NCBI RefSeq assembly: GCF_006345805.1
Contig: NW_021836173.1
Location: 4,162-68,161 of the forward strand
From: Octopus sinensis
Lineage: Eukaryota
Length of the DNA: 64,000 nucleotides
Reading direction: 5' to 3'
The first letter of the stretch is position 1; every line of letters starts with the position of its first letter. The translations under genes and the position numbers were made by a program. The notes below the pieces were generated by a model, which was not told where the DNA came from, ran no database searches, and was given only the letters and a program-made list of their open reading frames with translations. Positions 30,001-41,834 of this stretch are shown here, piece by piece.

Positions 30001-33000
30001 CGAATTTAGTGATTTCTTTGATAATTATAAGCTTATTATCAATCAGTTAACTTATATTTAGCTAAGAGATCACTAAATTTTTTGTTGTTTTTCAAGTACA
30101 CATATGCAATATTTTGACATTTTCTAACCTGAAAACTTTTGCGAATTTAGTGATTTCTTTGATAAATATAAGCTTATTATCAATCATTTAACTTATATTT
30201 AGCTATGAGACCACTACATTTTTTGTTGTTTTTCAAGGACACATATGCAATATTTTGACATTTTCTAACCTGAAAACTTTTGCGAATTTCTTGATTTCTT
30301 TGATAAATATAAGCTTATTATCAATCATTTAACTTATATTCAGCTGAGAAATCACTAAATTTTTTGTTGTTTTTCAAGTACACATATGCAATATTTTGAA
30401 ACTTTCTAAATTGAAAACGTTTTCGAATTTAGTGATTTCTTTGATAATTATAAGCTTATTATCAATCAGTTAACTTATATTCAGCTAAGAGATTACTAAA
30501 TTTTTTGTTGTTTTTCAAGTACACATCTGCAATATTTTGATATTTTCTAACCTGAAAACTTTTTTGAATTTAGTGATTCCTTTGACAAATATAAGCTTAT
30601 TATCAATCTTATATTTAGCTAAGAGATCACTTAATTTTTTGTTGTTTTTCAAGTACACATATGCAATATTTTGACATTTTCTAAATTGAAAACTTTTGCG
30701 AATTTAGTGATTTCTTTGATAAATATAAGCTTTTTATCAATCAGATAACTTATATTTAGCTAAGAGGTCAATAAATTTTTTGTTGTTTTCAAGTACACAT
30801 ATGAAATATTTTGACATTTTCTAAACTGAAACCTTTTGCGAATGTAGTTATTTCTTACATAAATATAAGCTTATTATCAATCATTTAACTTATATTTAGC
30901 TGAGAGATCACTAAATTTTTTGTTGTTTTTCAAGTACACATATGCAATATTTTGACATTTTCCAAATTGAAAACGTTTGCGAATTTCGTGATTTCTTTGA
31001 TAAATATAAGCTTATTATCAATCAGTTAACTTATATTTCGCTAGGAGGTCACTAAATTTTTTGTTGTTTTTTAAGTACACATATGCAATATTTTGACATT
31101 TTACAACCTGAAAACTTGTGCGATTTTAGTCATCTCTTGAATATATATAAGATTTTTATCAATCACTTAACTTATATTTAGCTAAGAGATCACTAAATTT
31201 TTTGTTATATTTCAAGTACACATATGCAATATTTTGACATTTTCTTACCTGAAAACTTTTACGATTTTAGTGATCTGTTGGATAAATATAAGCTTTTTAT
31301 CAATCAGTTAACTTATATTTAGCTAAGAGAACATTAAATTTTTTGTTGATTTTCAAGTACACATATGCAATATTTTGACCTTTTCTTACCTGAAAACTTT
31401 TGAGATTTTAGTGATCTCTTGGATAAATATAAGCTGTTTATCAATCAGTTAATTCATATTTAACTAAGAGATCACTAAATTTTTTGTTGTTTTTTAAGTA
31501 CACATATGCAATATTTTGAAATTTTCTAACCTGAAAACACTTGAGATTTTAGTGACCTCTTGGATAAATATAAGCTTTTTATCAATCAGTTAACTTATAT
31601 TTAGGTCTAAATTTTTTGTTGTTTTTCACGTACACATATGCAATATTTTGACATTTTCTAACGTGCAAACATTTCACATTTTTGTGATCCCTTGGATAAA
31701 TATAAGCTTTTTATCATTCTGTTGAATAATATTTAGCTAACAGATCACTAAATTTTTTGTTGTTTTAAAGTACACATATGCATTATTTTGACATTTTCTG
31801 ACCTGAAAACGTTTGAGATATTAGTGATCTCTTGGAAAAATATAAGCTTTTTATCAATCTGTTAAATTATATTTAGCTAAGAGATCACTAAATTTTTTGT
31901 TGTTTTTCAAGTACACATATGCAATATTTTGACATTTCCAAACCTGAAAATTTTACGATTTTAGTGATCTCTTGGATAAATATAAGCTTTTTATCAATCA
32001 GTTAAGGTATATTTAGCTAAGAGATCACAAAATTTTTTGTTGTTTTTAAAGTACACATATGCAATATTTTGAAATTTTCTAACCTGAAAACTTTTGAGAT
32101 TTTAGTGATCTCTTTGATAAATATAAGCTTTTTATCAATCAGTAAACTTATATTTAGCTATGAGATCACTAAATTTTTTGTTGTTTTTCAAGTACACATA
32201 TGCAATATTTTGACATTTTCTAACCTGAAAACTTTTGAGAATTCAGTGATCTGTTGGATAAATATAAGCTTTTTATCAATCAGTAAACTTATATTTAGCT
32301 AAGAGATCACTAAATTTTTTGTTGTTTTTCAAGCACGCATATGCAATATTTTGACATTTTCTAACCTGAAAACTTTTGAGATTTTAGTGATCTCTTGGAT
32401 AAATATAAGCATTTTACCAATCAGTTTACTTATATTTAGCTTTAAATTTTTTGTTCTTTTTCAAGTACACATATGCAATATTTTGACATTTTCTTACCTG
32501 AAAACTTTTGTAATTTTAGTGATCTCTTGGATAAATATAAGCTGTTTATCAATCAGTTAATTCATATTTAGCTAAGAGATCACTAAATTTTTTGTTGTTT
32601 TTCAAGTTCACATATGCAATATTTTGACATTTTCTAACCTGAAAACTTTTGTGAATTTGAGATTTCTTTGATAAATATAAGCTTATTATCAATCAGTAAA
32701 CTTATATTTAGCGAAGAGATCACTAAATTTTTTGTTGTTTTTCAAGTACACATATGCAATATTTTGACATTTTCTAACCTGAAAACTTTGTGAGATTTTA
32801 GTGATCTCTTATATAAATATCAGCTTTTTATCAATCAATTACCATATATTTAGCTATTAGATCACTGAATTTTTTGTTGTTTTTCAATTACACATATGCA
32901 ATATTTTGACATTTTCTAACCTGAAAACTTTTGCGTTAGTGATCTCTTGGGTAAATATAAGCTTTTTATCATTCAGTTTACTTATATTTTGCTAAGAGAT

Positions 33001-33486
33001 CACTAAATTTTTTGTTGTTTTTTAAGTACACATATGCAATATTTTGACATTTTCTAACCTGAAAACTTTTGCGATTTTAGTGATCTCTTGGATAAATATA
33101 AGTTTTTTATCAATCAGTTAACTTATATTTAGCTATTAGATCACTAAATTTTTTTTTGTTTTTCAAGTACACATATGCAATATTTTGACATTTTCTAACC
33201 TGAAAACTTTTGCGTTAGTGATCTCTTGGGTAAATATAAGCTTTTTATCATTCAGTTTACTTATATTTAGCTAAGAGATCACTAAATTTTTTGTTGTTTT
33301 TCAAGTACACATATGCAATCTTTTGACATTTTCTGACCTGAAAACTTTTGAGATTTTAGTGATCTCTTGGATAAATATAAGCTGTTTATCAATCAGTTAA
33401 TTCATATTTAGCTAAGAGATCACTAAATTTTTTGTTGTTTTTTCAAGTACACATGCAATATTTTGACATTTTCTAACCTGAAAACT
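1..33486. repeat. AT-rich tandem satellite, 141-bp monomer, ~237 copies, truncated by the left window edge
   Basis: GCTAAGAG recurs at 141, 282 and 423 (period 141). Consensus GCTAAGAGATCACTAAATTTTTTGTTGTTTTTCAAGTACACATATGCAATATTTTGACATTTTCTAACCTGAAAACTTTTGCGAATTTAGTGATTTCTTTGATAAATATAAGCTTATTATCAATCAGTTAACTTATATTTA continues head-to-tail; the last monomer breaks at CTGAAAACTT (~33487). The copy number is length/141. Confidence 0.98.
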
Positions 33487-34486
33487 TGATAAACTATGAT
33501 CTCCAATGAAAACAATGATCTCCAGAGGTTTGATATAATCTCAGGTGACTTACAGGCACTGTTACAGTGTTGCCAGGGATGGGACGCATTATTGGACTTG
33601 GTCAAATCTGTGCCCGATGACCTCCCTAAGACCATTCACCTACAGGCTGGAAGGGACCCCATGGCACGCCCTACACCAGATGTCTGGACATGGTAAACAA
33701 TGATCTTCAGAGGTTTGATATAATCTTGGATGATGCAGAGGCACTGGTGCAGTGTTGCCAGGGATGGGAAGCATCATTGGACCTGGTCAGCTCTGTGCAC
33801 GATGACCTCCCTAAGACCATTCAGCTACAGGCTGGAAAGGATCCCATGGCAAGCCCTGCACCTGATTACTGAACATGATAAACGATGATCTCCAGATGTT
33901 TAATATAATCTTGGATGATGCAGAGGTACTGGTCTGGTTTTATTCAGAGTTGGGAAGCATCATTGGACCTGGTCAGCTCTGTGCACGATGACCTCCCTAA
34001 GACTATTCAGCTACAGGCTGGAAGGGACCCAATGACAAGCCCTGCACCAGATGTCTGAACATGATAAAGAATGATCTTCAGAGGTTTGATATAATCTTGG
34101 GTGATGCAGAGCTACTGGTGCAGTTTTGCCAGGGATTGGGAGCATCATTGGACCTGGTCATCTTTGTTCACGATGACCTCCCTAAACCATTCACCTACAG
34201 GCTGGAAGGGGCTCCATGGCAAGCCCTGCACCGGATGTCTGAACATGATAAACAATGATCTACAGAGGTTTGATATAATCTTCGGTTATGCAGAGGCACT
34301 GGTGCAGGTTTGCCAGGGATGGGCACCATTATTTGACCTGGTATGCTCTGTTCACGATGACATCCCTAAGACCATTCAGCTATAAGCTCGAAGGGACGCC
34401 ACGGCAAGCTCTGCACCAGATGACTAAACATGATAAACAATGATCTCCAGAAGTTTGATATAATCTTGGGTGAATCAGAGGCACTG
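33487..34486 (+). repeat. 185-bp satellite, block A (~5.5 diverged monomers, forward orientation)
   Basis: Repeated ATGATAAACGATGATCTCCAGAGGTTTGATATAATCTTGGGTGATGCAGAGGCACTG...CCAGATG units; the array ends at GAGGCACTG (~34486). Confidence 0.93.
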
Positions 34487-36825
34487 ATACATTGTGTATC
34501 TTGAAAACTTTTCAGGATACAAAACGTGTCAAAATATTGCAAATAAGCATAAAAAATGAACAAAATTTGCTAATTCAAATTTGTTGTTTTTTTAATACCC
34601 ATTTGCAATATTTGACCCATTTTGTATTCTGAAAAGTTTAGTGAATACTTATATAAATGTAATCTTATTATAATCTTATTAAAGATTTTCCCAAGAGATC
34701 ACTGAAATCACAAAAGTTTGCTAATTTAAATTTGTTTTTTTTATGCAATATCTCGACACATTTTCTATTCTGAAAACCTTAGTGATCTCTGTGATAAATA
34801 TAATTTTATTACCCAAACACTAAGCAGTGAACAAAGTTGCTAATTCAAATTTGTTTCTTAGAGATTATATCTATCAAAGAGATCATTAAAGTATCAAAAG
34901 ATTTCAGGATACAAAATGTTTTAAAATATTGCATATACTAAAGAAGTACAAATTTGAATTAGCAACGTGGTTCACTTTTTTATGCTTATTTGCAATATTT
35001 TGACACATTTTGTTTTCTCTATTTGGTAAATATAATAACTGATTATATTTATCAGAGATTATATTTATCAGAGATCACAGAAGTATCAAAAGTTTAATTT
35101 AAATTTGCAATTTTGTTCAGATTTTTTTGCTTATTTCCAATATTTTGGCACATTTTATTTTTCTGAAAAGTTTTTATGAATTGAGTGAACTCATGGATAA
35201 ATGTAACAGCTGATTGATAAGATTAGATTTATCAAAGAGATCACTAAAGTGTCAAAAGTTTTCAGATTAAAAAAATACGTTAAAATATTGCAAATAAGTA
35301 CTAAAAAACAACAAATTTGAAATAGCAATTTTGTTCAATTTGTTATGCTTCTTTGACAGGTTTTATTTTTCTGAAAGCTTTTATGAATTCAGTGATCTCT
35401 TGTGTATAAAAAAATTAAATTTATCAAAAGTTTTCAGGATACAATATTGCAAATTTAAATTAGCAATTTTGAAAACACACACAAAATACACAGAAAACAA
35501 ATAAAAACACTCAAAAGACACTTAAAACACAAAAGTCACAAAAAACTGACACAAAAGACATGTGAAACAAAATAAAACAAAACTCACACAACTAAGCACA
35601 AAAACTGTGATCTCTTCGGTAAATAATAAGATTATATTTATCAAAGAGATCACTAAAGTGTCAAAAGTTTTCAGATTAAAAAAATACGTTAAAATATTGC
35701 AAATAAGTACTAAAAAACAACAAATTTGAAATAGCAATTTTGTTCAATTTGTTATGCTTCTTTGACAGGTTTTATTTTTCTGAAAGCTTTTATGAATTCA
35801 GTGATCTCTTGTGTATAAAAAAATTAAATTTATCAAAAGTTTTCAGGATACAATATTGCAAATTTAAATTAGCAATTTTGAAAACACACACAAAATACAC
35901 AGAAAACAAATAAAAACACTCAAAAGACACTTAAAACACAAAAGTCACAAAAAACTGACACAAAAGACATGTGAAACAAAATAAAACAAAACTCACACAA
36001 CTAAGCACAAAAACTGTGATCTCTTCGGTAAATAATAAGATTATATTTATCAAAGAGATCACCAAATTGTGAAAAGTTTCCAGGATACAAAATATGTCAA
36101 AATATTGTGAATAAGTGCGAAAAAACAACAAACTTGTGTGATCTCTAGTGTAAATACAAGTTAGCTGATTATATTTATGAAATAGATAAAAAAATGTCAA
36201 AATTTTTTAGGATACAAAATGTGTCAAATTATTGCAAATATGTACTAAAAGACAACAAATTTCAATTTGCAATTTTGTTCACATTTTGTAGCCTGAGAAC
36301 GTTCGAGAATTCAGTGATCTCTTGGATAAATATAATCTTATAATCAACCAGTTAACGAGAGATCATACAATTCACAAAAGTTTCAGAAAACAAAATGTAT
36401 CAAAATATTGCAAAGAAGCATAAAAAAGTGACCAAAATTGCTAATTCAATTTTCTGATTGTTTAGAAATTATTTGCAATATTTAGACACGTTTTATTCAT
36501 ATCTCAGAAGTTTTCAGAATGTGTCAAAGTATTGCAAATAAGCATAACACAGTGATCAAAATTGCCAATTGAAATTTGTTTTAATTTAGTACATATTTGC
36601 AATATTTTGACATTTTCTAACCTGAAAACTTTTAACACTTTAGTGACATTTTGGTATTGTTTTGTGTTTTTTGTGTTATTTTTGCATATTTTTTTCTTAT
36701 TTTTTTTCTTATTTTTGTTTTCTTATTTTTGTTTTGTCTGTGTTTTATAAGTTCTTATAAAACACAGAGAAAACAAAAATATTTTTTATGTCTTTTTAAA
36801 TGTCTTTTAAGAGTCTTTTGTGTCT
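34487..36825. repeat. AT-rich spacer of alternating direct and inverted ~70-bp modules related to the 141-bp satellite, plus CA-rich and GT-rich simple sequence
   Basis: The module TTTGCAATATTTTGACACATTTTGTATCCTGAAAACTTTT..TAGTGATCTCTT.GATAAATATAA is direct at ~34600, 34745, 34988, 35133 and 36595, and reverse-complemented at ~34510, 34865, 35228 and 36045. Confidence 0.85.
35231..36061. repeat. Near-perfect 409-bp tandem duplication; a third related partial copy lies at ~41344-41720
   Basis: ATCAAAGAGATCAC starts at 35231, 35640 and 36049 (period 409) and the intervening text appears identical. The same opening sequence recurs at 41344. Confidence 0.93.
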
Positions 36826-39800
36826 GTCTTAGGGAGGTCATCGTGCATAGAGATGACCAAGTCCAATAATGCTTCCCATCCCTGCCAACCCTGTACCAGT
36901 GCCCCTGCATCACCAAAGATTATATCAAACATCTGGAGATGTTCATTTATCATGTTCAGTCATCTGGTGCAGGGCTATCCTTGGGGTCCCTTCCAGCCTG
37001 TAGCTGAATGGTGTTAGGGAGGTCATCGTGCATAGAGCTGACCAGGTCCAATAATGCTTCCCATTCCTGGCATCCCTGTACCAATGCCTCTGTATCACCC
37101 AAGATTATATCAAACTTCTTGAGATCATCGTTTATCAAGTTCAGCCATCTGGTGCAGGGCTTGCCATGGGGTCCCTTCCAGCCTGTAGCTGAATGGTCTT
37201 AGGGAGGTCATCGTGCATATAGATGACCAAGTCCAATGACGCTTCCCATCTCTGGCAACCCTGCACCAGTGCCTCTGCATCACCACAGATTATATCAAAC
37301 CTCTGAAGATCATTCTTTATCATGTTCATACATCTGGTGCAGGGCTTGCCATGGGGTCCCTTCAAGCCTGTAGCTGAATGGTCTTGGTGAGGTCATCGGG
37401 CATAGAGCTGACCAAGTCCAATAATTCTTCCCATCCCTAGGCAACCCTGTACCAGTGCCTCTGCATCACCCAAGATTATATAAAACCTCGGAAGATCATT
37501 CTTTATCATGTTCAGACATCTGGTGCAGGGCTTGCCATGGGGTCCCTTCAAGCCTGTAGCTGAATGGTCTTGGGGAGGTCATCGGGCATAGAGCTGACCA
37601 AGTCCAATAATTCTTCCCATCCCTAGGCAACCCTGTACCAGTGCCTCTGCATCTCACAAGATTATATAAAACCTCTTGAGATCATTCTTTATCATGTTCA
37701 GACATCTGGTGCAGGGCTTGCCATGGGGTCCCTTCAAGCCTGTAGCTGAATGGTCTTAGGGAGGTCATCGTGCATATAGCTGACCAAGTCCAATGATGCT
37801 TCCCATCTCTGGCAACCCTGCATCAGTGCCTCTGCATCACCCAAGATTATATCAAACCTCTTGAGATCATCGTTATCATGTTTAGCCATCTGGTGCAGGG
37901 CTTGCCATGGGGTCCCTTCCAGCCTGTAGCTGAATGGTCTTAGGGAGGTCATCGTGCATAGAGCTGACCAAGTCCAATAATGCTTCCCATCCCTTGCAAC
38001 CCTGTACCAGTGCCTCTGCATCACCCAAGATTATATCAAACCTCTGGAGATCATCGTTTATCATGTTCAGCCATCTGGTGCAGGGCTTGCCATGGGGTCC
38101 CTTCAAGCCTGTAGCTGAATGGTGTTAGGGAAGTCATCGTGCATATAGCTGACCAAGTCCAATAATGCTTCCCATCCCTTGCAACCCTGTACCAATGCCT
38201 CTGTATCACCCAAGATTATATCAAACCTCTTGAGATCATCGTTTATCATGTTTAGCCATCTGGTGCAGGGCTTGCCATGGGGTCCCTTCCAGCCTGTAGC
38301 TGAATGTGTTAGGGAAGTCATCGTGCATATAGCTGACCAAGTCCAATAATGCTTCCCATCCCTTGCAACCCTGTACCAATGCCTCTGTATCACCCAAGAT
38401 TATATCAAACCTCTTGAGATCATCGTTTATCATGTTTAGCCATCTGGTGCAGGGCTGTCCATGGGGTCCCTTCCAGCCTGTAGCTGAATGGTCTTGGGGA
38501 GGTCATCGGGCATAGAGCTGACCAAGTCCAATAATTCTTCCCATCCCCTGCAACCCTGTACCAATGCCTCTGTATCACCCAAGATTATATCAAACCTCTT
38601 AAGATCATCGTTATCATGTTCAGCCATCTGGTGCAGGGCTTGCCATGGAGTCCCTTCAAGCCTGTAGCTGAATGGTGTTAGGAAGTCATCGTGCATATAG
38701 CTGACCAAGTCCAATAATGCTTCCCATCCCCTGCAACCCTGTACCAGTGCCTCTGCATCACCCAAGATTATATCAAACCTCTTGAGATCATCGTTTATCA
38801 TGTTTAGCCATCTGGTGCAGGGCTTGCCATGGGGTCCCTTCCAGCCTGTAGCTGAATGGTCTTGGGGAGGTCATCGGGCATAGAGCTGACCAAGTCTAAT
38901 AATTCTTCCCATCCCTGGCAACCCTGTACCAATGCCTCTGTATCACCCAAGATTATATCAAACCTCTTAAGATCATCGTTTATCATGTTCAGACATCTGG
39001 TGCAGGGCTTGCCATGGGGTCCCTTCAAGCCTGTAGCTGAATGGTGTTAGGGAAGTCATCGTGCATATAGCTGACCAAGTCCAATAATGCTTCCCATCCC
39101 TTGCAACCCTGTACCAGTGCCTCTGCATCACCCAAGATTATATCAAACCTCTGGAGATCATCGTTTATCATGTTTAGCCATCTGGTGCAGGGCTTGTCAT
39201 GGGGTCCCTTCCAGCCTGTAGCTGAATGGTGTTAGGGAGGTCATCGTGCATAGAGCTGACCAAGTCCAATAATTCTTCCCATCCCTGGCAACCCTGTACC
39301 AGTGCCCCTGCATCACCAAAGATTATATCAAACATCTGGAGATGTTCATTTATCATGTTCAGTCATCTGGTGCAGGGCTATCCTTGGGGTCCCTTCAAGC
39401 CTGTAGCTGAATGGTCTTGCGGAGGTCATCGTGCATAGAGCTGACCAAGTCCAATAATGCTTCCCATCCCTGCCAACCCTGTACCAGTGCCCCTGCATCA
39501 CCCAAGATTATATCAAACCTCTTGAGATCATCGTTTATCAAGTTCAGCCATCTGGTGCAGGGCTTGCCATTGGGTCCCTTCAAGCCTGTAGCTGAATGGT
39601 CTTAGGGAGGTCATCGTGCATATAGCTGACCAAGTCCAATGACGCTTCCCATCTCTGGCAACCCTGCACCAATGCCTCTGCATCACCCAAGATTATATCA
39701 AACCTCTGAAGATCATTCTTTATCATGTTCAGACATCTGGTGCAGGGCTTGCCATGGGGTCCCTTCCAGCCTGTAGCTGAATGGTCTTAGGGAGGTCATC

Positions 39801-40535
39801 GTGCATATAGCTGACCAAGTCCAACAATGCTTCCCATCCCTGGCAACCCTGTACCAGTGCATCTGTATCACCCAAGATTATATCAAACCTCTTGAGATCA
39901 TCGTTTATCATGTTTAGCCATCTGGTGCAGGGCTTGCCTTGGGGACCCTTCCAGCCTGTAGCTGAATGGTCTTAGGGAGGTCATCGTGCACAGAGCTGAC
40001 CAAGTCCAATAATGCTTCCCATCCCTGGCAACCCTGCACCAGTGCCTCTGCATCACCAAGATTATATCAAACCTCTGAAGATCATTCTTTATCATGTTCA
40101 GACATCTGGTGCAGGGCTTGCCATGGGGTCCCTTCAAGCCTGTAGCTGAATGGTCTTGGGGAGGTCATCGGGCGTAGAGCTGACCAAGTCCAATAATTCT
40201 TCCCATCCCTGGCAACCCTGTACTAGTGCATCTGTATCACCCAAGATTATATCAAACCTCTTGAGATCATCGTTTATCACGTTCAGCCATCTGGTGCAGG
40301 GCTTGTCATGGGGTCCCTTCCAGCCTGTAGCTGAATGGTCTTGGGGAGGTCATCGTGCATAGAGCTGACCAAGTCCAATAATGCTTCCCATCCCTGCCAA
40401 CCCTGTACCAGTGCCTCTAAATCACCCAAGATTATATCAAATTTCTGGAGATTTTCGTTTATCATGTTCAGTCATCTGGTGCAGGGTTCCCTTCCAGCCT
40501 GTAGCTGAATGGTCTTAGGGAGGTCATCGTGCATA
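36826..40535 (-). repeat. 185-bp satellite, block B (~20 monomers, reverse orientation)
   Basis: GAATGG(T/G) recurs at 37006 and 37191 (period 185). The monomer is the reverse complement of block A. Confidence 0.97.
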
Positions 40536-41052
40536 TTGGACTCTGCTCTATGCCCGATGAACTCCCCAAGACCATTCAGCTACAGGTTGGAAGGGACCCC
40601 ATGGCAAGCCTTGCACCAGATGTCTGAACATGATAAAGAATGATCTTCAGAGGTTTTATATAATCTTGGGTGATGCAGAAGCACTGGTGCAGGGTTGCCA
40701 GGGATTGGAAGCATTTTTGGACTTGGTCAGCTCTATGCACGATGACCTCCCTAAGACCATTCAGCTAGAGGCTGAAAGGGACCCCATGGGAAACGCTGCA
40801 CCAGATGATTGAACATGATAAACGATGATCTCCAGAGTTTTGATATAATCTTGGGTGATGCAGAGGCACTGTTACAGGGTTGCCAGGGATGCAAAGCATC
40901 ATTTTACCTGGTCAGCTATATGCACGATGACCTCCCTAAGACCATTCAGCCATAAGCTGGAAGGTCCCCATGGCAAGCCCTGCACCAGATGACTGAACAT
41001 GATAAACGATCTCCAGAGGTTTGACATAATCTTTGGTGAGTCAGAGGCACTG
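40536..41052 (+). repeat. 185-bp satellite, block C (~3 monomers, forward orientation), joined to block B by a fold-back inversion
   Basis: Orientation flips at ...GTGCATA|TTGGACTCTGCTC|TATGCCCG...; the block ends at GAGGCACTG (~41052), the same breakpoint as block A. Confidence 0.93.
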
Positions 41053-41834
41053 ACATATTCTGTATCTTGAAAACTTTTGATCTTATAATTACTCAAGAAA
41101 TCACTGAAGTCTCAAATGTTTTCAGGGTATAAAATGTGTCAAAATATTGCAAATAAGCATAAAAAATGAACAAAATTTGCTAATTCATATTTGTTGTTTT
41201 TTAAATACGCATTTGCAATACATTGACACATGTATCTTGGAAACTTTTGACACTTTTTTTTTTTAATACTTATTTGCAATATTTTGACACATTTTATTTT
41301 CTGAAAAGTTTTATGAATTGAGTGAACTCTTGGATTTATATTTATCAAAGAGATCACTAAAGTGTCAAAAGTTTTCAGATTAAAAAAATACATGAAAATA
41401 TTGCAAATAAGTACTAAAAAACAACAAATTTGAATTAGCAATTTTGTTCAATTTGTTATGCTTATTTGACAGGTTTTCTTTTCTGAAAGCTTTTATGAAT
41501 TGAGTGATCTCTTTGGGTAAATACAAGTTAGCTGATTGATAAAAAAATTAAATTTATCAAAATTTATCAAAATTGCTAATTTAAATTTGCAATATTGTAT
41601 CCCGAAGGATCCAATATTGCAAATTTAAATTAGCAATTTTGAAAACACACAAAAAATACACAGAAAACAACCGAAAACACTCAAAAGACACTCAAAACAA
41701 AAAAGTCACAAAAAACTGATCCAAAAGACATATGCCTGAAAACTTTCGAGACTTCAGTGATCTCTTGGATAAATATAAGCTTTTTATCAATCAGTTAACT
41801 TATATTTACCGAAGAGATCACTCAAGTCAAAAAA
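41053..41834. repeat. AT-rich hairpin-module spacer (paralog of 34487-35520), ending in an isolated partial 141-bp monomer
   Basis: 41120-41200 matches 34510-34590; 41344-41500 matches 35231-35400; 41737-41820 reads CCTGAAAACTTT...GTGATCTCTTGGATAAATATAAGCTTTTTATCAATCAGTTAACTTATATTT..GAAGAGATCACT. Confidence 0.85.

Noticed and set aside
25898-36869. ORFs from the 141-bp satellite and AT/GT-rich spacers (e.g. 25898-26098, 32069-32302, 32351-32560, 35522-36869)
   Set aside because: 141 is a multiple of 3, so loss of one stop opens a repetitive frame. The products are F/L/I/C-rich translations of simple sequence.
36826-40535. FDIILG in the 185-bp monomer peptide as a Gypsy protease (FDxILGxDW), helicase Walker B or methyltransferase motif
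   Set aside because: Only 5-6 residues match and the diagnostic following residues are absent, so no family can be assigned without a profile search.
1-41052. CRISPR array or other prokaryotic repeat system
   Set aside because: The repeats are head-to-tail monomers with no unique spacers and no cas genes, and the window has spliceosomal introns, LINEs and SINEs.
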